DNA from: Escherichia phage vB_EcoM_EC001
Reading direction: 5' to 3' (one strand)
DNA: 64,000 nucleotides
Sequence record: MN445185.1
The notes below the pieces were generated by a model. It had not been told where the DNA came from. It did no database searches and was given only the letters and a program-made list of their open reading frames with translations. The translations under genes and the position numbers were made by a program. Positions within the stretch are counted from its first letter, which is position 1. Every line of letters starts with the position of its first letter. Positions 57,393 to 64,000 of this stretch are shown here, one piece after another.

Positions 57393-58652
57393 ATGGCAAA
57401 CTTTGTAAAAAGTAAACTCGCTCGTGAATCTGTCGAAGGCGCAGGCACTGTCGTTCCAGATGGTATCGAGCTGCCGGCTGAGTCCGTGGAAGGTACTCTG
57501 GCTGACATCGAGCATGACACCAAACCGATCGACCAGCTGGACGCAGAAGCAGACGTGCTGGCAGAAGACGGTGACGAAACTGATGCACAGCTGGATGCAG
57601 TTGATGCTGCTGAAGCTGCCGCTGACGGTGAAGGTGAAGATGGCGAAGAGCCAATGGAAGTGGAAGAAGATATGCCTGACGATGCTGCTGAGCAGCTGGA
57701 CGTTGCGCAGGAATCTATCCGTAAACGTTGGGCATTCGACCACCGCGTAAGCGTTGCGCAGGAATCTTACGGTGCACGTAAGCGTCGTCAGGTTGCTCGT
57801 GAAAGCCTGTGGGAAGATATCAAAGCCTTCCTGAAGCGCATCTACGAGTGGCTGAAAGAGCAGGGCCGTAAAATCAAAGATCGCTGGCTCAAGTTCAGCA
57901 ACCAGGGTAAATCCATTCAGGCGCGTGCTAAGAAATATGACGCTGCGCTGTCTGGCCTGGGCAAGCAGAAGAAAGACACCGTTTCCGGTGGCTTCATCAA
58001 GAACCTGACCTCTAACGGCAAGTTCCTGGGTGACAACCTGCAGGTGCTGAAAGAGCTGCTGGCTAACATCGGTGGCGTTTACAGCATGCAAGAAGACGTC
58101 GTTCGTGAAGCAACTGTAATGGTAACTTCTATTGAGTCTGGCAAACACGTTGGCGGTTTCGCTGCAGCGGTTAATAAAGCAGTTTCTGGTAAGTCCGGCG
58201 ATCTGCAGCTGCTGGGCAACCAGATCGGTAAAGCTGACGTTAAAGTCAACGGTGACGACCTGGAAGCATCCTTCACTGTTATCGATGCAGAAGGCAGCGT
58301 AGAGCAGTCCGTAGCGACTCCTTCTCTGACCACCCTGAGTGGTCTGGTGGCGTTCTTCAATCAGCTGGGTAAAGCTGTGGAAGAAAACGTGAAAGCGTAC
58401 CACAAGAACAACCAGGCGCAAGAGAAGTACGAGCAGGCTATTGACAAGCTGCTGAAGCGTATCGACAGCGTGAAGATCGACGACAACGCCGAGCTGACCA
58501 ACAACGTACGTGTTGCTCGCCGTGCTATCACCATCGCGAACCAGTTCGTTTCCTGGACCGAACGTTGCGTTGCAACTGGCCAGAAAAACCTGATCGCCGG
58601 TGTTAACGGCTACATCAGCGCCGGTATCGGTGCTTATGAAAAGGCTAAGTAA
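57393..58652 (+). CDS. abundant paralog B (tandem duplicate of 56038..57315)
   Basis: 419-aa ORF; same N-terminus, AQE motifs and C-terminal GVNGYISAGIGAYEKAK; followed by terminator. Confidence 0.7.
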   Translation: MANFVKSKLARESVEGAGTVVPDGIELPAESVEGTLADIEHDTKPIDQLDAEADVLAEDGDETDAQLDAVDAAEAAADGEGEDGEEPMEVEEDMPDDAAEQLDVAQESIRKRWAFDHRVSVAQESYGARKRRQVARESLWEDIKAFLKRIYEWLKEQGRKIKDRWLKFSNQGKSIQARAKKYDAALSGLGKQKKDTVSGGFIKNLTSNGKFLGDNLQVLKELLANIGGVYSMQEDVVREATVMVTSIESGKHVGGFAAAVNKAVSGKSGDLQLLGNQIGKADVKVNGDDLEASFTVIDAEGSVEQSVATPSLTTLSGLVAFFNQLGKAVEENVKAYHKNNQAQEKYEQAIDKLLKRIDSVKIDDNAELTNNVRVARRAITIANQFVSWTERCVATGQKNLIAGVNGYISAGIGAYEKAK

Positions 58653-58663
58653 TTAGTCTGGCG

Positions 58664-58703
58664 AATCCCCCACTTCGGTGGGGGATTTACCCTTTCTTTT
58701 TTT
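58664..58703 (+). terminator. intrinsic terminator (aatcccccacttcggtgggggatt plus T-run)
   Basis: Hairpin with TTCG loop then T-run. Confidence 0.6.
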
Positions 58704-58723
58704 GTCTCGGATTAGAAAAGATT

Positions 58724-58750
58724 TCAGATATATATTACCTAGGTGAGATT
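58724..58750. promoter_or_regulatory. promoter-like motif copy 7 (CAGATATATATTACCTAGGTGAGATTG)
   Basis: Nearly identical to copy 1 over TATTACCTA(A/G)GTGAGAT; about 40 nt upstream of ATG 58789. Confidence 0.45.
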
Positions 58751-58788
58751 GCATTGGTAATCTTTTAACCGACTATCACTTAAGGAAT

Positions 58789-59550
58789 ATGAAAATGAAA
58801 ACTATCAATCTGCTCACTCTGGCTAATGGCTCTATCGAACGTAACGAAGACGACGGTGCTATCCTGCAAGCAACCAACGGCTTTAAAGTTATACTGTCCC
58901 CAATTCAATTCACAGGCTTACAAGTCTGGCTGCGCGAAATCAACAAACGCAAACTGCCGCGTCGTATGGCGGTTGGCGACCTGCTCTTTACACTGGATAA
59001 CGTTGACGGTGTTAAACCGGAACTGTACGAAGTTCAGTACAAAGCCGCAGTCGATACACTGCGACTGAAGAAAGGGGAAGAAATCAAATTCATTCCGGTG
59101 ACCTATAATGGTAACACTTACCTGCAGATGGAAGACACTCCGTTCGCTGCGCACGTCACTGACACTGCTGTTGAACTGGTCATTGCCATTGGTCTGGTTG
59201 CGACTCCGGCGGTACTGGAAGTCAGCGAAGATCCACTGCAGGATTTCGGTACGCTGTTCGAAACCATACTGGGTGGCACGAAGCTCGGGAACATCACCAA
59301 GGTCATCCGCCGTATTCCGATTCGGAATGCGCAGCCGAAAGTGATGACGCTGGCAGAAAGCATGACGGAACACCCGGAGCTGACTGCTGAAGAAATTCAG
59401 GCGCAAGAAGAAGCAATTGAAGAAGAACGTCAGAACGCCCAGCGTGAAGCCATGAAGCCGTTCCGTGGTTTCCTGGATGCTATCTTCGACTGTGCGAACT
59501 CGCTGATGAAACCGGTTGAAGTGAAAACCGCTGAAGAACCAGCAGCGTAA
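58789..59550 (+). CDS. hypothetical protein (start may be second ATG at 58795)
   Basis: 253-aa ORF with TAAGGAA RBS. Confidence 0.6.
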   Translation: MKMKTINLLTLANGSIERNEDDGAILQATNGFKVILSPIQFTGLQVWLREINKRKLPRRMAVGDLLFTLDNVDGVKPELYEVQYKAAVDTLRLKKGEEIKFIPVTYNGNTYLQMEDTPFAAHVTDTAVELVIAIGLVATPAVLEVSEDPLQDFGTLFETILGGTKLGNITKVIRRIPIRNAQPKVMTLAESMTEHPELTAEEIQAQEEAIEEERQNAQREAMKPFRGFLDAIFDCANSLMKPVEVKTAEEPAA

Positions 59551-59608
59551 ATATTACGTTAGCCCGAAACCGTATGTAATCGACCATTAATCTTAAGGAG
59601 TATTTATA

Positions 59609-60154
59609 ATGAAACGTGTCAATCTTAAAGATATTATTAGCGTAAGTAACGATAAATCATCACCCCTTTGGGATGAGGTTACTACGCTGCAATTTAGTAC
59701 CAGTGTCATGACAATTCCACGTCCAGTTATGATTGGTCTAGGTGTGTTTATTTTAGAATGTGACCGTCGCTCAGCAGGCACGCACATTCTAACGTACGGT
59801 GGGTACGAGTTTGTCGTCGAAAGCGAACTTAACAAACATTGCTCAGAGGGCATCATCGGTCTTTGGAAATACTTAATCGATGCGGGATTGTCCGACATGT
59901 CTAAAGTCTGTAGTCACGATTACGGTAAGTTGGAGCATTTTGTTCGTCGTAACGGTGAGCGTGTTCCGGTGACGATTGATGGTTACCAGACCAAAATGGT
60001 CACCGCGCCTTACAGCGCTGAGGGGATACGTGCAACGCTTTACATTCGCCAGACGCTCGTACGCGATGACCTGTTAGACGAAGCAGAGCAAACTCTACAT
60101 GGTCGTGTTGTGAACCTCGCACCGTCTTACGACGCGCAGCGTATGGTTCAATGA
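59609..60154 (+). CDS. hypothetical protein
   Basis: 181-aa ORF, TAAGGAG RBS, followed by terminator. Confidence 0.55.
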   Translation: MKRVNLKDIISVSNDKSSPLWDEVTTLQFSTSVMTIPRPVMIGLGVFILECDRRSAGTHILTYGGYEFVVESELNKHCSEGIIGLWKYLIDAGLSDMSKVCSHDYGKLEHFVRRNGERVPVTIDGYQTKMVTAPYSAEGIRATLYIRQTLVRDDLLDEAEQTLHGRVVNLAPSYDAQRMVQ

Positions 60155-60160
60155 TTTAAT

Positions 60161-60190
60161 AAGGTGGCCTAACAAGCCACCTTCTTTTTT
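60161..60190 (+). terminator. intrinsic terminator (aaggtggcctaacaagccacctt plus T-run)
   Basis: Hairpin plus T-run. Confidence 0.55.
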
Positions 60191-60198
60191 GGGATTGT

Positions 60199-60573
60199 GT
60201 GATGACTGATAAATTTAAATTTGAGATGACGCCAGAAACCGCAAACGTAGAACCGCAGATTCGCCTCCGTGTACGAGATGACGAATACTGTCTAGCGATA
60301 GTTGAAGAAGACCTGGCAGAGGCCTTGTTGCTGCTCGGCGACAGAGAATGGCTTGGCACGCTAACTATTAGGCTTAAGAGGCCGTTGGTTGGTAGTGGGA
60401 TGTTTGCAGGTTGCTGTACGAACAGTCTGTTGGTCGATGTGGATGCCAGAACGGTATCACTGTCGGTGATTCTGGACTATCCGGTGACATTCTCGTATAG
60501 CCGTCTTGAATTTAGTCGCCATTTACGCCACGCAATGAAAGAATTATCTAAAGCCCGTAGGAGCAAACCGTGA
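60199..60573 (+). CDS. hypothetical protein
   Basis: 124-aa ORF; stop overlaps DHFR GTG start. Confidence 0.5.
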   Translation: MMTDKFKFEMTPETANVEPQIRLRVRDDEYCLAIVEEDLAEALLLLGDREWLGTLTIRLKRPLVGSGMFAGCCTNSLLVDVDARTVSLSVILDYPVTFSYSRLEFSRHLRHAMKELSKARRSKP

Positions 60574-61121
60574 AACTCTCTATTATCGTCGCGATGGACC
60601 GCAACAATGCCATCGGTAAAAACAATGAACTGCCGTGGCGTCTGCCTGCCGACCTGGCTAACTTTAAGGCAATTACCACAGGGAAGAACGTTATCATGGG
60701 TAGTAGGACCTGGGAATCGTTAGGTTGTCGTCCTTTGCCTAACCGCGGCAACTTAATTGTTACTCGTAACCCAGAAGGGTACATCAATGGCCGGGAAGAA
60801 CACACGGACATGCGTTTGGTGACGTTTCACACGAGTATTGATTTAGCCATCAAAGCTCTGGAACGTATCGAGAAAGATACCGGAAAAGAGCAAGAGGTGA
60901 TGATTATTGGTGGCGCATCAGTTTATCAACAAACCCTCGCTCGTGCGGATCGTATTTATCTATCGCGTATTGACATCGCTGTTGAAGGTGCCGATGCTTT
61001 CTTCCCAGAAATTGACAGAGATGTTTTTCAAGTCGATTACACCATGACCCATTTACCCGACGGCCAGAAACACACGCACCGTTGGACGTATCAAATTTTA
61101 AATCGTATCGCTGGAGTTTAA
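60570..61121 (+). CDS. frd: dihydrofolate reductase
   Basis: GTG start with GTAGGAG RBS. MKLSIIVAMDRNNAIGKNNELPWRLPADLANFKAITTGKNVIMGSRTWESLG and VMIIGGASVYQQ match DHFR signature regions. Confidence 0.85.
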   Translation: MKLSIIVAMDRNNAIGKNNELPWRLPADLANFKAITTGKNVIMGSRTWESLGCRPLPNRGNLIVTRNPEGYINGREEHTDMRLVTFHTSIDLAIKALERIEKDTGKEQEVMIIGGASVYQQTLARADRIYLSRIDIAVEGADAFFPEIDRDVFQVDYTMTHLPDGQKHTHRWTYQILNRIAGV

Positions 61122-61122
61122 A

Positions 61123-61452
61123 GTGGAAAAGAAATCTGTTAAAGGTTACGTGATGGAAGTAACCCCAAAAGCGGCTGAACTGGCGAGAGAATATACCGGA
61201 TGTATCGTGCCACTGACCTCAATCGTGGTGTGTGAGGGTTCCTTCTATCTCATCTTCGGCAGTAATGAGCCGGTCTATGCGTACATCGATGACCCTGATC
61301 AAGTTACAGCCCTCTCTATTGCGATGGGTAAAATGGTATCAGACAAGATGATTGAATTCGTTGTCGGGAAAACGATGGACATTATCCGCAATCCGGTTGG
61401 ACACAGCGGAATAAAATGTAAGAAGTGGCAGCTAGCTTGGCTGGCACATTAA
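61123..61452 (+). CDS. hypothetical protein
   Basis: 109-aa ORF from GTG with GGAG RBS. Confidence 0.45.
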   Translation: MEKKSVKGYVMEVTPKAAELAREYTGCIVPLTSIVVCEGSFYLIFGSNEPVYAYIDDPDQVTALSIAMGKMVSDKMIEFVVGKTMDIIRNPVGHSGIKCKKWQLAWLAH

Positions 61453-61479
61453 ACGGTTATCTTCTTAAGGAGTATTAAA

Positions 61480-62070
61480 ATGCTTAGTGAACGTGCGCCC
61501 CGTTTAGAAGCGGCGGTATTGAAAATTGAACGTGTGAATATCAAATTGTTATCGAACGATGTTGGTCGGGCATCGTACAGTGACTTATGGAGTATCCCCG
61601 CACCACCGCGTACGTTGGTGGTGAACTGGTTAACGAATCGTTTGGGCTCATGCGATGTTAAAGCCAAGGATGTCGTACTAACGCTACCTGACGGCAAAAC
61701 AACTACCGGCGATGTGTTGATTGCCAGTGGTTCTAAATTGCGTATGGGCGATATTCGCTTGGGTGAGTCCTATCTTCCGGACGGTATGCGACCTATGCCG
61801 ATTGGCGAGGTAGAAAACCGAATTCTGGAAAAAGAAAGAGTGCTGGCGTTCATACGCCGCCCGCCGGATAGCACGGTGTCGTTTAAGCAACGTAAACCGG
61901 CTGCAGACAACACACCCGTTGTCGAGTGGCTCGAAAAGTATTTTGGCGAATATGGCATCAGTCCTGATGAGGTCATTCTCATCAACGGCCACGCCATGAT
62001 GCCGTTTAAGCCCAGCCCGTATTACACGATGGGACAACTGCGCGCTTCCTTCAAAGGGAAAGCACGCTAA
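61480..62070 (+). CDS. hypothetical protein
   Basis: 196-aa ORF, TAAGGAG RBS, followed by terminator. Confidence 0.55.
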   Translation: MLSERAPRLEAAVLKIERVNIKLLSNDVGRASYSDLWSIPAPPRTLVVNWLTNRLGSCDVKAKDVVLTLPDGKTTTGDVLIASGSKLRMGDIRLGESYLPDGMRPMPIGEVENRILEKERVLAFIRRPPDSTVSFKQRKPAADNTPVVEWLEKYFGEYGISPDEVILINGHAMMPFKPSPYYTMGQLRASFKGKAR

Positions 62071-62074
62071 AGTG

Positions 62075-62103
62075 TGGGGGACTTCGGTCCCCTTTCTTTT
62101 TTT
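62075..62103 (+). terminator. intrinsic terminator (ggggacttcggtcccc plus T-run)
   Basis: Hairpin plus T-run. Confidence 0.55.
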
Positions 62104-62144
62104 GCGTTTTAGGCCAGTGATATGACTACAACGAGGGACAGCTA

Positions 62145-63647
62145 ATGCAACAGTATTTTGAAATTCCATCGTTGGACAAGACCATGCGCAAAGCTGTGGT
62201 CGACGGCGTCGTAGAACGTGTGCTAAACGAATCTGGTATTGAACGTGCCAGTGTTGTTTTCACGGATAGCTTCAACACCGCCCATCAGCCAGGCTCTACG
62301 CTCGGCGATGAGACACCGGTGGACTATTCAGCACCGAACCGTGTCTACGTCGAAGTGGAAGAAGAACGTGATGAACGCGCACGCATTAACCGTCAAGTTG
62401 GGTTAGCGGCAGAGATTCCATTCTTCCATAACCCCGAAGACCAAGTACGCGCCGCTCCTGTCCGCGTAATGTATAACGTGACTATCACGCTACGGCGTGT
62501 CGGCCCATCGCGTGACGAATTGTTACGTTGGGCGAACCGCCTGGATTCACTTATCGACATGGGTCGCTATTCAACCATGACGGAATCCGAAGCGTACTAC
62601 TTGATTCCAAAACCTGCGCTTAAGCTATTGAACGAATGCTATATCGCCGCAGGGACCCGTGTGCCGAAATACGATGACTTTAAAGATTATCTAAAGGCGC
62701 ACTTCACACCCGACGTTTTCACCACAGGTAATGTTGCCGGTGGTCAGAATGTCTTAGCGGTACGCTACGCACCAACCCGTATCGAGACGGTTTACGATGT
62801 TATCTCTCCTACCTGGGATAACGACGAAAACCGTTACGAGACCAGCTTCGTTATACGCTTCTCATATCAGCGACCCGAAGAGGTGGTGATTACCTACCCG
62901 TACATTATCAACCAGACACCGTTGCCTGATGAATGGTGGCCTGAGATAGACCCACCGTTTGTGAGTAATGAAGAGGGTGTGCAACGTCACCAACAGCAAA
63001 AGAACCTCGACGGCACTTGGTGGATTAATGAATCTCGCCAGTTCTTACGCCTACCGTATCTGCTGTCACCGACAGAACAGTTTGAACGTACACACTCGCC
63101 GCTAAAAGCAAAGCTTCTGCATGTGTTCGGCACCGATGTAGCCTTCGGTGAAGAAAACATGATCGACCCTGAGGTTTGTAGTATCGATGATTTACCGTAT
63201 GTCTGGAATGCCGACGTGGTTCCTTATATCGAACACTGTCGCACGATAGACCCGACAGGTCAGACTGGCATTATCCGTATGGAATTGTTCGAGAATGGTC
63301 AAATCATTGAACCACGTTTCTACCATTGGGAAAACGGCGTCTTCTCGCTACGTAACCGTGAAGTTCATGTCGAGAAAGCGTACTACTTAACAGAGTCGGC
63401 AATACACGACTGGCGTAATATGGACTTATGGCCACTGCATCTTTATCCAAAAGCGGCAAAAGTGCTTATTGAGTGGTTATTCCCAGATTGGGATTGCCCG
63501 GATTGGTGGTGGGATAAACCTGTGTTACCACCAAGTGTGATTGATGAAATCACGAAGTTCTATCGCCGTGTCCTGTTGACGCAATTTAATACCACGATTA
63601 TAGCCATCAGAGGAGCCGATAATGCTCAAGGCGAACAAGAGGGGTGA
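62145..63647 (+). CDS. hypothetical protein
   Basis: 500-aa ORF. Confidence 0.6.
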   Translation: MQQYFEIPSLDKTMRKAVVDGVVERVLNESGIERASVVFTDSFNTAHQPGSTLGDETPVDYSAPNRVYVEVEEERDERARINRQVGLAAEIPFFHNPEDQVRAAPVRVMYNVTITLRRVGPSRDELLRWANRLDSLIDMGRYSTMTESEAYYLIPKPALKLLNECYIAAGTRVPKYDDFKDYLKAHFTPDVFTTGNVAGGQNVLAVRYAPTRIETVYDVISPTWDNDENRYETSFVIRFSYQRPEEVVITYPYIINQTPLPDEWWPEIDPPFVSNEEGVQRHQQQKNLDGTWWINESRQFLRLPYLLSPTEQFERTHSPLKAKLLHVFGTDVAFGEENMIDPEVCSIDDLPYVWNADVVPYIEHCRTIDPTGQTGIIRMELFENGQIIEPRFYHWENGVFSLRNREVHVEKAYYLTESAIHDWRNMDLWPLHLYPKAAKVLIEWLFPDWDCPDWWWDKPVLPPSVIDEITKFYRRVLLTQFNTTIIAIRGADNAQGEQEG

Positions 63648-64000
63648 TACTAAATTCGTTCCTGTTGAACCTGAAATTCCGATTATCAATAAACCGCAGG
63701 ACGGGGTGAAAGAAGCCAGCAACTTGGTAACGATTCCAACCCGCACCACGGTAACGGACTTCGACAGGATTCCGAAACAGTATCTCCTGCAATACAACGA
63801 AGGTTCTGAATGGCCGGTTGATTTTTATCACGCGTTGTCGGGTCGCAACGATCCGAAGACGATGTTCGATACTCAGAATGACAGCCCTACGCAACAGCTG
63901 CTTAAGATTGTTAATCTGTCATTACGTGTTAACGCACCGCTCGACCGTACGCAGGACGAACAACGTAAGACTTTCGAACTGACCGGGACGTCGACCCTGG
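63622..64000 (+). CDS. hypothetical protein, 5-prime partial (runs off window end)
   Basis: ATG at 63622 with AGGAG RBS; open frame (MLKANKRGDTKFVPVEPE...) to the last base; not in the ORF track because no stop is reached. Confidence 0.45.
   Translation, partial: MLKANKRGDTKFVPVEPEIPIINKPQDGVKEASNLVTIPTRTTVTDFDRIPKQYLLQYNEGSEWPVDFYHALSGRNDPKTMFDTQNDSPTQQLLKIVNLSLRVNAPLDRTQDEQRKTFELTGTSTL

Noticed and set aside
57351-58421. 356-aa minus-strand ORF antisense to paralog B (similar shadows at 56014..56550, 54819..55334, 53774..54199, 58918..59406, 25428..25826)
   Set aside because: Antisense to codon-biased genes, composition atypical, no translation signals; sense-strand genes have clear RBS and homology.
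4798-58750. Possibility that the repeated AGATAGATATTATCT motif is a CRISPR array or transposon terminal repeat
   Set aside because: Copies are single and dispersed over more than 50 kb with no regular spacing, and no transposase or integrase gene is present.

Overview
The window reads as a gene-dense segment of a large, probably jumbo (phiKZ-like) dsDNA phage of an enterobacterial-type host (inferred from about 50% GC, TAAGGAG ribosome-binding sites, hairpin plus T-run terminators and an E. coli-like tRNA-Trp). About 60 protein genes lie mostly on the + strand, with three minus-strand blocks. Functions recognisable by eye are: fragments of a split multisubunit RNA polymerase (beta-prime N-terminal, beta C-terminal, beta-prime C-terminal), a family-B DNA polymerase split into two distant genes on opposite strands, an SF2 helicase with an intein in its P-loop, a dihydrofolate reductase, an HslV-like peptidase, a calcineurin-like metallophosphatase, a membrane HExxH metallopeptidase, and several abundant proteins with host-like codon usage. 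The strongest single observation is a group I self-splicing intron (conserved R and S core elements present) interrupting the RNAP beta-prime gene just upstream of its DFDGDQ catalytic motif. Also notable are a dispersed palindromic promoter-like motif (AGATAGATATTATCT/ATATTACCTAGGTGAGAT) in 7 copies, a candidate phage-nucleus shell protein next to the beta-prime gene, a protein ending in an SSB-like Gly/Gln tail, and tandem paralogs with acidic N-terminal propeptide-like regions. Everything is from manual reading of the sequence and ORF track; no database search was run, so family assignments rest on motifs and are hypotheses of varying strength. Most remaining ORFs are hypothetical.
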